Shown piece by piece: positions 24,301 to 37,702 of a DNA stretch of 64,000 nucleotides. The translations under genes were made by a program, and so were the position numbers. Positions within the stretch are counted from its first letter, which is position 1. Each line of letters starts with the position of its first letter. The notes beneath the pieces were generated by a model. It was given only the letters and a program-made list of their open reading frames with translations, searched no databases and had not been told where the DNA came from. Origin of the DNA: Glycera tridactyla (lineage: Eukaryota); the NCBI GenBank assembly GCA_965644265.1, contig OZ286468.1, positions 70,866,001 through 70,930,000 of the forward strand, in the 5' to 3' direction.

Positions 24301-27300
24301 TCAGCAACAAAGTGACTTATGATCGGGAAAAAGGAGTAAAACATATTTCTGTCTCAGTTTTTCAGTTATCATTATATGGAAAAGTGATAGGAAATATATC
24401 AAAATGAATTTGAAGAAAAAAGGGTTGGATCACATCTCATCATTATTTCAGAAGGGAAGGGTTAAATGGGGAAGAATCATGTGAATTAGAGTGAAGACAA
24501 GAATGTGGAACATCAAGAGGCCAGTAAGTTGGTGCAGCATTTCTCATGCAAAGTTCTCATGAGTAAGATGGATTCCTGTGGCCATGAGATCGCGATGATG
24601 CTGATGATGCTCGGGGATGAGCACATTGAATGTGTCCCGAGATGTGATCAGCTCATTAGCATTGCAACAATCACACCTGTTAAGCTCCTGAAGCTCAGAG
24701 TGATTCTCACCCACACATTCACTCACTTAACTCACATCTCACACCAGCATGCTGTGACTTGAATGAGTTACTTCATGTGTAAATTTAAATGCTATTTTCT
24801 ATGCCAGTTGAAAATTATGCAAATCCATTCGACTGAAGATGGAATAATTTGTGGTGATTTTGGTTGATGTTGGGTTGGCAGAAATGGGGTGCTGCCATCT
24901 GGGAGTGAAAGTGTTGCAATGCTGCCATCTGGCACATTTTCATTGTTTGATTGACAACTGGTCACCGCCCAGCTTCTGATTGGCTAGCCATTGATGTGAA
25001 CCATAGTCTGCGGCTGATCTCCATTAACCCTTTCATGTTTGAGATGATCAGGTTTATGTGAGCAAAAGGCAAATATATGATGACCACATTACAATTAGGA
25101 AGTTAAAGTTTGAATTCTTTTTTGAGAAATAAATCATAAGAAACCATCAACTACTTTAAAAATTCAGGAAGTTTTTTCTCGGTTCTCATATATTTGTGTA
25201 TCTTATGTGAGATATCCAGAGATTGGTTCAGCTCCTGGTTTGTTGGACAACCAAAATCCCTTTCTTTCTCAGAAACTTTTCCTGCTTTTCATCAAGTTTG
25301 TACTATTTTTATCTTGAGAGACTTGAAGATTTATTAAAACAAATCATAATCATATGAAGTTGAATTCTGTGAGTACTGATTATGTACTAAATAAGTACTA
25401 ATTATGATCAAATTGATGAGCAATCAGTTGGGGTGACAATCTGAGTGATCAACTACCTTATATCATCACCCATGTCACAACATGGATTCTTCATCATCCA
25501 GATAGATGACAATTATGAGGAAAAGACAAAAACGAGATGATGCTCTTGAGAGAAAATGTATTCGACCTAGAAAGTGTGAATTGATCTGTTAATTGATGAA
25601 TGGGGCCTCATGGAGAATGACTCACTTGTTGATTGTTCCCTGCCGCATCTTCTGGGAGCATTCTTACGCTGATGAAATACTCCATGTTCATCATCACTGT
25701 CTCGCTACTCATCCAAAATGCCTGATCCAATTCTGAAAATAACCTATTGACTAATAAATGAAAATGTATATCATCGAGTCATATGAATGCTTGGAGTTTT
25801 CCTGGTCCTTCTGTATTTCAGGCCTCTGGAGTTAAATAGGATACAGAATAAACAAGGAAAATTCCGAGCTTTGCCTCCTGTAGCAGATGCCCGAGGATGC
25901 TCCCTGTTCTTCATGTTTGACCCACATAATTCCATACAATGTCCTGAACACTGACCTCTCCTCAAATATCTGGTCGAATATCTAGCATCTAGCTGATTCC
26001 ATTCCCTCCTTCATTTCTGTTCAGATTTTATTCTGTGATTCCATATTTGATAACCTGCTTGATGATGTCATAAGCAAATGCATCAGTAATATTGAGAAAT
26101 TCTATTCACAAGGTGACCTATCTTACTATGTTTGTATCTAACTCTATTTGATGGAATCACAATTGTCCGATATCTTCTCTACCGAGAATGTTTAAGTTCC
26201 CCACCTTCAGTATGTATTATCTTTAAAGAAAGTATGCAGCAATTAATCCGAGACTGTATGTAATGCTTTGATTTGATCCATGCATTATTGTCTGGTAAAT
26301 TCTTGGATAATCTTCAAGTTTCACCATGGTCTTCAGCTCAACTTATTGACTTCTTATCTGAGCTATTCACTCAACTTTATTTGATTCAAATTTACATCAT
26401 GAAATAGTCCTGTCCAAAAAGATATCCTGGTGCCATTTGTCAGAATTGTCAAGGGTTAGGCCATTCAACAACATACTTGACAAAGCAACACTTGTCTTTA
26501 CTTGTGACTTACATAGCTAACTTATGGATTGGTTTGTAGTTGTGTGATGAGCTTTTAGTTTTAGTAGTTCTTTGTGCTCATAAGTATGAACAATGGCATG
26601 CTGGGAGGCTTTGACATGCTGCCGTGGTAACATGATTGGCTCTCGTCATGTTGGGTTGCATTAGTTGAAGGATAAGAGATAATCCCATGACTGATCTAAA
26701 TACAGCATCCTTTAATCCTCCAGATTACCATGGTAACATCTGTCTTAATCCCATCATAGATTACCATTGGTATGTGAAGGTCATGTTATGGGGTCAGCTG
26801 ACGGGCAAAGTTGGCACAAATCATAGACTACCGATCTTTCTGAGAGATGTGTGGCTATCTGAAATACTAATTAAAACTTGACACTATTTGTTTGATTTGA
26901 TTTGATTGATTTTTAAATCAACATCGTACAATTAAACCTGCTCAAGTGGCCACCTTCATACAAAGCCGCCTGCCTACAAAGGCTACAGCGGGTGGTTGGT
27001 TGGTCACTTATGATTTAACATCATATTAGTGCCAGATGTGCTATATTGTAGTACTCAGTGGAATAGGCATGGTGGGATCATTCAAGGCCCCTCCTTTCTG
27101 TTCCCTAACAGTAGGTAAGATGATATGGAATTCACAGACACCTAAAGTGCCATTTCATGGATCACAGTGAGCAGTGACTGATATCATTTTCTACAGTAAA
27201 ATACCTCTCTATGAAAGCCACCTGTCTGCAAGGGCTTTCTTTTTATGGGCAGGGAGTATTTCAGTCTGTATCAATCCTATTGTCTGATGTCATACAGGCT

Positions 27301-30300
27301 GCTTGGAATCCAGGGATGCTATCATCCTACAGATCCACAGATTTCCTGGTTCTTGATCACTAATGCAGCAATCCATGCATAGCCATTAATCAACAATTGT
27401 TTGGGTTTCTCGGTCAACAATCTCTTGCCTCCAGCCAGGTTTTCAAAGACTTTGGTTGTTAGCCAATCACATCCATGGATGATACTATGGTGCCACAGAT
27501 GTTCATAGGCCATTGATTTGCATGCTACTTAACCTCCAGTATAAAATACTTGATGTCTAGCCAACTAGGCCACCAGACTTTGATCACTGGTCGGTCACTC
27601 ACCCACACTTAGATTAAGTCATCTCAGATGTGGGGGTGGGGTGGACATATTATATATCTAGAGACTTTTACATCAAATACCCAGCCCTTTTCTTATCTTC
27701 ACATGAAAAAATACATCAATCTGATGAAAAGAAATCCCTATCAGTAACATCATTCAATTTGAGCTGCCATTGACCGATTCAACTCTTATGCCAGGAGAGG
27801 GAGTCTTTCATGATTCCACCCATGCCCATTGCCCAGTTGTCACAATATAACATATACGGCGCTGACGTGATGGTAAACAAAACCAACCAAAAAGGAATTG
27901 ACTGTATACTCAAACAGACTGTGATTCTTGCATTTTTCTTTGGATTAGGTTAGTCTACTTTTTTCTTGCAAAGTTATGTGAGTAGCCGGGGAGATGGTGA
28001 ATTCATTGATGACTCCTAAGTGGATCTACAGCCAACAGGATGAACATTTGTTACATCGAAGGTACAGATCAGGATCTGTTTCTGTCAGAAGATGAAAACA
28101 TGGATGAGAAAAACCTGATAGATATGGGAAAGGTTGTTTACATCTATCTGTTACTCCTTGAGAGTGAGAGGTGATGATTTGATTGAAGGATCAGTGTTGT
28201 GGTGGTAGTTTTCAGTGAAACCACATCAACCAGCAGGCTGTAAAGTATGCAGGGTAACCTATAAACTGTGAAGTAGATGATGTTGACTTCATCCTGTATG
28301 ATGCCTCTTGAGATAAGTGGAGATTTTTCTGTGGCATCGGAGTTTGCTTTCAAATGTAAACTGAACTCCATATCATATCACATTCAAGAAAGTTGATAGT
28401 TGGTTCACTCAGCAAGTAAATTTGTTTGAGAATTCATCCAACTGTTGGTCACTTTTGGTCGAATGTTTTCTCCCCCTAAATATATCATGGTAACCCTCTA
28501 GAGTATATATCATATCCTCTATATTCACCTTCTGAATTCTGAAATTGTGATACTTGAGAAAGCTGGTTGGTAGGTTGGTTGTTTTACATTCTGTGTACAT
28601 CATTTGAGCTATATTTAGACACCCATACAGTGACCATAGGTGGGATCTTTCAAGACTTCTCCCGTGTCCCTAATAGAAGGTGAAAATTATGAAATTTACA
28701 GACACTATAGACTTGACACCCCTGTCATGCTGACAGTGATGCCTCAACACTGCTTTGCATCTTCTGGTTTCTACAAGCACTTTAGATTTACTGGACAGAA
28801 CTACCGCAGTGATCATCCATTTGGTTGTAATATGCTGCGGATAATACTGTGATATTCTTGAATATTGAAGTATACATGATGCAAGCGAGCAGTTAGTATT
28901 GGTCCAGTACTGCACCCAGTTGGCTCTGGATTAGTCAGACACCATCGAGCCACCCACATATTGTGCTTTATTAAGAAGCTTTTAGTCACATCAGTCGTGA
29001 ATTATGCAGTACCATGCTCAAACGCCATCTGTTTTTACCACCAGATGGTAGTCATAACCCGATTATTTGTATTACCCATGTTCTAGAGTAAATTATCCCC
29101 TGAAACCACCTCAGGAGAGTGATGGACTTGGTAAAAAAGAAGTAGCCTATGTTTGTACTGAACATCCAAAGTCAGTTAGTTATTCCTGATCTTGATAAAA
29201 AGAGCGTGTACATCAAGGTTGTAGGTGTTTTTCCAAAAGCCACTGAGAATGCCACATGTTGAGAAATGCCACTTGTTGAAAGCGTCTCATCACCCTTGTA
29301 ATATTTTCTGTTATTTATAGTGGATATGATTTGGAGGTAGCTGATATGATATCAGTTTGTGTGGGTGATGCATTCTTCCAATTCTCAGTTTGATTTTTGT
29401 GTAATAAATCAACCGGATTATCACCATCATTTATGTATGACTTTTCTATTTTATCCATAATTCATTATCACCACCTCCTTTTTCACCAAGAGTACATTTC
29501 AGAAATGATACTCAGGGATATACTCTCCTCCTGTTTGAGGGATTCTCTGACATAAATTAGTAGATGAGTGAATAAGTAAGTAGGTAGGTGAGTAATTAGG
29601 TGAATGAGTATTCATGTATTTCACTCCATCAGGAATAGATGTTCACTCACTTCAGTTGAAGGTTAATAGGGCTGTAGAAGAAATTCCAGTACTCTATCAC
29701 ACAATTTTTCCCTATGTGCGTTAAAAATTGGTCAGAGTTGAATGCTTCAAGATCCAGTCAACTATTGTCTGTTCATGCTGAGAAAACATTGGTCTTTATC
29801 AGTGTTTATTGGATGCAGTGAAGTCTGAAGGGTTTGGGTGTGATATGGAGATGAAGAACAGAGTGGAGTCTTTCGGCCAGCACAAGCCGTGATGCTGGTA
29901 GCTCAGTGTGTAGGAGGACACTTGAAGATGGTTTAAGACATACCTTCCTGACTAAACAGCTAGAAGTGTCCTCAAAGGTGGCAAATCAATATTTGCAGAG
30001 CTGGGTCGCCACCTCAGGTGTGGATATATATGTGCGCCACTGCTTCTGTATATACCAGCCTCTTCAAATCGGGAAGAGATGGAGAGCCTCCTTCACGTAA
30101 GCTCAAGAGTCTGCAAAGAAGAAAAAACTGGAACAGTCAGTACACAACTGGTGCTTTTGTGTCAAATAATTCAGATTTGAGATTTTCTCGCTGATCTTTA
30201 GATTTTGACCCAGTTAGCTTGAGAAATGCCAATGGATTGAACGAGAAGGTTCCTCATAATTCCCTCCCATTAGAAAATCATCAGTAGTCCGATGTTCAGA

Positions 30301-30468
30301 ATTCCAGCAAAATGATTTGTGTGAATTGAATACAGTCTCCAATGTTGTTATCCCTTGGAATGGTCTTTGTGGTTTTGTTGGCTCTGTATAGAGGCAGTCT
30401 TTCAAGCAAGTTTCATTGTAGTTTCATGGTTACCGGATTTTCCAGGTAGTCCAAAATATATCCGGAAT

Positions 30469-30493
30469 GGGGGGGGGGGGGGGGGGGGGGGGG
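30469..30493 (+). repeat. Poly-G run (25 G)
   Basis: Homopolymer seen directly. Poly-C runs of 12-14 nt occur at 34982-34993, 39546-39559 and 44680-44693. Confidence 0.95.
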
Positions 30494-30826
30494 CTGAGCT
30501 CAAGTATTGGAGCAACTTTACTTTTTGACAGAATGATAATGCATCCAAACTTTGAAACCCACTATACTGACAATTTACGCATTCCATTATCACAATATAT
30601 CTTCATTAGTCTTGCATTATTAGGAAGTGTCTTTCCTTCGAGAGTCATTACAAGGTATTGACATTTGATTAAGAGATAAGATTTTTCAGTAATTTTAGAC
30701 AGTCTGAGAGTGAATCTTCACGCCTAATGCACCTTGCCTTCTCCTGAGTATCGACTATATATATTTCTCCCACTGCTTGCACCTGGGTGTTGAGAACTTT
30801 GTCAAATAAGTTTCTGTTGGCTCAAA

Positions 30827-30986
30827 CCAATCAGAAGTTGTCGACAAGCTCTTTGGTCAATAAATTCTCACATTTTTCAGACATCATCTGATATTTAGAT
30901 GGGGAGTGATACGTTCTTGAGGTGTAGTGATTAGGTTCTCTAAGCAAACATTTGATTGGTTGATCTCCCCTGGTTGCCATGGATAC
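30827..30986. promoter_or_regulatory. Candidate enhancer: two CCAAT boxes plus an RFX X-box
   Basis: CCAATC 30827-30832, TGATTGG 30953-30959, GTTGCCATGGATAC 30973-30986. Confidence 0.3.
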
Positions 30987-33103
30987 CCACTCTTCCTGTT
31001 GGTGACCTTTCAGTAAACCAGCTGACCTTTCAGCAAACAGATCAGTGAATTCGCTGAGCATGTGTATGGGATTCGATGTACTGGTTGCTTCAGGAAAACA
31101 TTTATAGACCCTCAATGCTGATCTTTTCACCCCTACATATATTTTTGCCGTACACGACTGCATTTTTCATTTCTGAAGACCTTGATTCTGATTGTTCAAA
31201 TGATATATTTTGTGCCAATGAATATTTTGAATTTTTTTTAACTGCAATGTGTTCATTCTCATGAGTTTGACCTGAATATAAATTCTTTAAACAGAATGAA
31301 TTATGTCATTTTTTTCAATCGATGTAGCAAGTAGAGTGTTATGAAAGAAGAGATGAACAAAGTCCCATTGTAGAGCTCATCTTCGCTCATGCTCTTTTGT
31401 GTGCAGAAAAGATAGAGAGGGAAATACACCCACTTCTGTTATGACATACAGGTATCGTGCCTGAAATTGATATAGCTATTATTCTCATATGTAGTTATTG
31501 ATTTTCTCCTGTTGCTATCTAAACAATGTGTGAGCTGAATGTCAAGCTGGGGATTGTACTGTCGAATGATATTTGAAGTGAATTTGAGCTCTGTCTCCTG
31601 CCATGTGTCCATTGTTATACAAGCTACCTGTTATGATATCAGTTTGGAATTGATTATTCATTTATGCTCGATTCTCCTGTTGATTCCCAACAATATCATG
31701 GCATGAAGGGCCATCCAATTATTATCAATGATGCATTATTCTTATCAATGTTATCACCACTGGTGGGTCAGTCATCATATATCATCGATGATCAGTTGAA
31801 ATGGACTAACTGGCTGGTTTTGAGAACCATTTTTTTATACTGATGATGTCAATTTACTGCAACTATCTGGATTTTTGAAGATTGGGTGAAGAATTGCTGC
31901 AATCATCAGCCAGATATTCCATCCATAACTGCCTCGGTAGTGAGTATAATCAGGGTCTGCAGTGGTTCAGACTAGGCCGGTCAGGTTGAGTGTGAACCAT
32001 CAGTGAACCGGGACTGGGGCCGGCACTCCCTCCCATCAAGTTGCATAATTCAATCCCAGCTGCAGGACAGTTACTCACTGATGAGGGAATATAGATGTAT
32101 TCCAAAAGTTTCACTTTGCTCACTCACTAAAATTATTTTGCCGATTTTCAACTTGATGCCATGCTGATTGTATGGTTAAGGTTCGAGCTTGTCACATGAC
32201 AGTCTCTGCCATTGATGGATTCCCTCAGTACAGACACAATACATTGTAAAGATGAGATACAAAGGTCAATATATGAATTGTTCAGTAAGACAGGACAGAT
32301 TCAGTATCTCTACAGTCACAGCAAGACGAGTCACAGCAACCCCTCCGCAGCGTGAAAGGAGCGAGCTGTAAGAGGAGCTGGTACAGCTTTCACATCCCAT
32401 AATACTTCCATCTCCCTCCCATAATGCTCAGCGCACTCGCGCGCATAATACAGCATTCACAAAGTCATGCACAACATTGTGTAGGGAGTGAAAACATCGG
32501 CTGTGACAAATTTGAAAGGGTTGATGTGTCAAATATAAATTAGACAGGCTGTCAGATCTGTTATGTTTGGCCCCCCTTGTTTGTATGGGTGTAAATATAC
32601 TCTCAGAGTAAAGCATGAAGTATGCTATTATGAACCCATTGCACTTTCATCATATTCTTTCCCTTTGATGGATAGCTCTTCTCTGGTTCCACCATATTTG
32701 ATGATTGATTTCTTGGTTATCATCAACTTGACATTGAATGATTTCAAAGAATGGTCTGACACTGGTATAGTGGTTGACTATTCTCATAGGATTCAGATGT
32801 ATCTAGCCTACGAGAATTCCCACATCAAGAGATTATCCAAAGAGTGCAATTCATGATAGTGGTGGATTGAAACCGAAATGTTGGCAAAAAGCACTTCCTC
32901 AAAAGAGATAGTCTGCCTCTGGTGAGGTCTACAGGGTTTTTGGTTGTTACACCCCTGTGTATTTGAATGACAACCGTTGTGGTGCATGTCCTAAATTTTT
33001 ATTGAATATTGAGATTGGCATGAATAGAGAAAACTTATATAAGTATGATTGACTTCTTAAAATAGCATGCAATGTCGTGACAAATGACGGAATCTTCTGC
33101 AGT

Positions 33104-34424
33104 TTCAATTCAATTCAATTCAAAGACTTTTATTTTACCTTCACACACAAACACGCAACACAGAGGTCAAGATATGAGTAAGCGCGTGACAGAGATACCA
33201 CCGGGAATTCAATTTAAGAGAACTCCTTATATATATAAGAATTTGTAATGTCACGTGGCGTTTTCCAAGCGGAAGAACTACCATGTAGTAGAATCGTATT
33301 GTGGGAACTCAGATATTGACGAGAGGTGGATTCATTGCATTGATGTTGGTTAGATACCCAATGTGATACTTGTGAAAGCCAGTAGCCTTCCCCTCATAGT
33401 ATCATGTACTTCTATGAATTTCTAGTCTGCTCTAAGCATCATAGAGATAGCATGTCAGTTGCTCACCAGTAATCTAGTTGACATCTTGCATTCATCGGTT
33501 TAGTCGGCATACCGCCTCCAAAAATATTGATGCAGCCACATTACAATATCTATTTAGTCGGCAGCGGGCCTCATACTGATGGTTTTAGGCGGCTCAATGC
33601 CTCCGACATATTTTGGATTATCGCAATTCTGTAGGCCTGCCCTGTGTGAGCCAATCTATGATATGGTTTCTGAATGTTTTTCCCGTCACATGCTGTTTCA
33701 TTTTCAAATGATTGGGGAGAGAATTCCAACTTAATGGTCCTTGGCAGGCAAAGGATCTGATTCTTGCATTAGTTCTACATAGAGGTAATTCATAATCTCC
33801 AAGAGAGGCCCCTCTAGTATAATGTCTATGAGTTTCACACAGAGGGGTTAGGATGTCTAGGAGATACTAAGGAATTTCTCCTTTAATGGCTTTTTGCATG
33901 ATCATGATCAGATGCAGATCTCTGTAATCGGACAGTCTTAGGATCTTGGTCCTAAGATGCATGTCGTCTGTGGAGGCCGATCTATTACTTTTGGTAATGG
34001 TTCTTAGTGCCTTGTTCTGTTGTAATTGGAGGAGATAAGAATCCCTGTTGGAGACCTGTTTCAGGACTGCATCACAATAGAAAAACAATGGTAGCACTAA
34101 GGCTCTGTATAAAATGAGACTGGCACTTTCAGACATCAATTCCCTGGATCGCCCCAGTAGGTATAGTCTCTGACTGGTCATTTTGACAATATAGGAGACA
34201 TGTTCAAAGAAGGTCATATTTTGGTCCAAGAAGACTCCTAGGTATTTGAATGTCGGAACTGCTTCAACTTTTTCCCCATTTATTAGTGTATCACATGGAG
34301 GAATGTGGTTCAGCATGTGGCGGGTGCCAAAATACATAAGTTTGGTCTTCTTGACATTGAGGGATAGCCTATTGGTATTTAGCCATCTCTCAATGTCAAG
34401 GAGATCCTCTTGGATGTTCTACTC
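33104..34424 (-). mobile_element. 5'-truncated non-LTR retrotransposon (L2/CR1/Daphne group), C-terminal RT region plus 3' UTR and (TTGAA)4 tail
   Basis: Minus strand reads NIQEDLLDIERWLNTNRLSLNVKKTKLMYFG...FKYLGVFLDQNMTF..HV...LVLPLFFYCDAV...QNKALR...EIP*YL...HRHYTR...RSFACQGPLSWNSLP, with one in-frame stop at 33867-33869. AATAAA lies at 33129-33134 (minus) and is followed by four TTGAA units (33104-33123). Confidence 0.9.
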
Positions 34425-36035
34425 ATGAAGATGTTATCAAACACACCATTTCTCATAGCCAATATTTCTCCTCTGAAAATTGGGTAGGAATAAGTTTAAA
34501 AAGTGCGCTGAAGCCTGTGATCTGGGACTGTCCCATGGGTTGAGGAGACATTAAGCATCAACCAATCAATCAATCAATAAATCACCCCTAAATAAGAGAA
34601 ATTGGTCTCTAAAACAATTGATCATTCATCAGATTTATATTTAAAAAATATGGGGAAAAAAATGACCCTTCAAGACAGTTGGTGGGTTGGCCAACCTATA
34701 CATTTCCATTATCTCTTTTCCCTTATTTTCAATGCATGAAATTTAAGAATTCATCCATCTCCAAACAGATCATGCATGATTCTCCCGAAGAGGGGAGCGA
34801 TTAAAATGCAAATCAGAAAAATGTGATAATTTTATGATTTGTCAAGGAGTAATGGTCGAGCGTGATCACACTGAGGTGTTAATCTGGAGTCGATCAGATT
34901 GACATGAGAGCAGATGTATTTCCATTGCTTTTCACCCAGTCGTGGATGATCACCGATCCTCCTCCTCCTTCTACTCCTTCTCCCCCCCCCCCCATCCTCT
35001 TCTCATTAGGCTGTGGAATAATCATCAAAGTTGAAGCATCGACAGGCAGTTTGGATTAGCTCAACAAGTAATTGGTCAGAGATGATCTCAAGCATTTCCA
35101 GTATTCCGCTCCAATTCAAAATGTACTTTAAATGCATATCAGTCATGGATAAGAGAATAAAATATTCATTGAACTGATCTTAAGGGAATTGAACTTTAAT
35201 TTGTAACACCCTGTCTACATTGCAATGTTTATGCTAGTGGGTTTAATGTATTTGGATACAGAGGGATAGTTTTGCATTCAACCTTGAATCTTCTTGTACA
35301 CAATTCAATGAGCTCCAATGAATGAAAATTGATGTTGAAGAAGACTGTCGTGATAAATATATTCTGACATAATTTCTCATTTTGTCCTCCCCAGTGGTGG
35401 ATCAATTATATAAATCTTCTGTGTTTTTTTGATGGGTTGCTCGAGTGGGACTATGTTGGGATTAGATGAAAATGAAGGTTTTGTACTGTCCCATTACTGT
35501 CTCTCTGCCAGGAACATCCTGATTTGTGTGGCCAGCAAAACTTTCATTATAGTATACAGTTGGCTGGCAGGTTTTTTTCTCAATCTGTCTGACTTGATCT
35601 CCCAGATGTAGAAATAAAAAGGTTGAAGATGTGCTTGGAATATTTGAGATGGGCTCCATGACAACATGTGTATGTTGATTCTTTGACCCCCATCTCTTAA
35701 GAAACTTTTATTTGTACATAAACATTAGCATTCTTCCTGCTGTCACTCAGATTCAAACATCCCAACATTGTGTACTCAAAACCCACTGTCATTTTGACAT
35801 TTATCACAGAGTTGTCACCAGGAGGTGATAAGGACGGGGACAGGCTGTGATGGTGAGCTTCATATATGATGGGAGCAATGATAAACACTTGCTCACCATG
35901 AGGAGTCACTATATGCTTCATTCCTCAAAGATGAATCGACTGTTGAGTTCAGACACAAAACAATCATTTCAGGACATGATTACATATTTGTTGGAATCTA
36001 CAAATTGCAATCTGAGAAATCAGTCAATTTCTTGT

Positions 36036-36078
36036 GGATTAGAACCTGGATCTTCAGCATTTTGCCAACTGACTAGCC
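36036..36078 (-). mobile_element. Possible decayed tRNA-derived SINE head (pol III A and B boxes)
   Basis: Minus strand reads GGCTAGTCAGTTGGCAAAATGCTGAAGATCCAGGTTCTAATCC, with an A-box-like start and B-box-like GGTTCTAATCC. There is no anticodon arm and it is not a functional tRNA. Confidence 0.35.
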
Positions 36079-37702
36079 TGTGAATGAGCATCCATATGTT
36101 CAATAAGCTGGTGACATAACACCCTAGTACAGCCTACCCAGAAGTAAGTTCTTCCAAGTGCCAATAGTGATGCTGACGTGCAATCATTTCTCCGTGCGTT
36201 GTTTATTGGTAACCCCTAGATTAACAAGCAATACATGTACAGAAGTTCTTTATGTACTGCACTGACATCTGAGATGTGAGTCCCTATGATGAGTGACCAC
36301 CACTGATGTGAAACTACTTCAGCAGGGCAGCTTTTTCTATCTGACATAGTCGAATGTACCTCCTACGAAAAACCATCTCTTTTGAGTGACATTTAAGGTG
36401 GTTTCGCATTGCAGGTTACACTGTATGGGGGAGAACTTTTTAACTGCCATGACAACAAATGCACGCGATAATTTCCCACTTTCCTCTGTGAAATGAGAAT
36501 TTCCTTTTGATCGTATCTTTGTGAATTATTTTGTAGAGGATAGGGGATGAACTTTGCTGATTGCAGCTAGTGTGTCAGTTCAGCTCGGAGTGTATTCATC
36601 TATCTAATATACCCAGGCATTGTTTGAGTGGTATTGTGTGAAAGAGCAGTTGGTGCGATATTGAAATCAGAAGCACTGAGTAGGCTGTAGGTGATGTTGT
36701 GCCAATAGGAATTTGAGAAGATGGAAAAAAAAGTGCACCAGTCAACACGTCCATGGAACATCCTTCAACTCTGCATTTGTATACAGACGCACTACTTTCT
36801 CAAGACAATGTTCATGTTCCAGGTGGGATTCATGATTTCTACAGCTGTTAAGAATTCTGTGGTGTCAGCAAGTTTTTTTTCCTTCAAATCTCTATACACT
36901 TTATCTAATACTGGAGGCATTGGTCCTACTGTATTAATCATGTGAGATGTCATGTTTATTCCAAGATATGGCTTTTATCCAAGTGTGAAATATGGTGTGC
37001 TGTATCTCTCACTAGGGATATCACCTCCTTCCATATCCTAAAAGAGAATATGAGTTGTAATATCCATTGGAAATTTGTTGAACTCTGCATAATAGGCATA
37101 CAATCAGACCTGCCTTAAGAAAGCCCTGTATAAAGTGAAAACCTGTCGCAAGCACATTAGCTGTGTCTATCCCTCCAGAGTATTTTCTCTTTCAATCACC
37201 TGTCCTAGATACGAACCTGTTTTTGGCATGACCTTTTGTCTCTTACAGACAGATTTGTTGGTATATTTTGAACTGGAGAAATAATAATTGAGGCAGCTTT
37301 GTTATCACAAATAATTTGCTAAGACATGTGAATGATGAAAAATATCATTGTGTACATCAGATTCTGTCGATGAAAACAGCTATATTTTTGGTCGCTGATA
37401 TCAGAATCAGGTGGCGTAAATATTTATGTATTTGATTGATTGCAGAGGATGGGGTGTGATAATGATGTACCCCGGGATTCGGGACCTCATGTCACATGTT
37501 TACCAAACAAATTGAATAAATCAGGTTGTTTATGTATGCTTACAATCAGTCCATGTTAGTGTCAGACTGGAGTTTTCCTCTGATAAAGAAAAGAACATGA
37601 AGTCTGCTCATGTTTGATGTGAGCTCCGGGGCTTGTTAGTATATCGTAAGAGTCTATCGGGGGTTATACCTATATTGAATGATAGTCACTCTCTATGAGA
37701 AC

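Noticed and set aside
29585-29593. TAG|GTGAGT as a recursive site
   Set aside because: It sits in a purine-rich (GTAA/GTAG) repeat with no pyrimidine tract and no downstream pseudo-donor. About one such 9-mer is expected by chance.
36284-36325. tgatgag...gaaac hammerhead-like string
   Set aside because: C3 is missing and no stem II is adjacent to GAAA.
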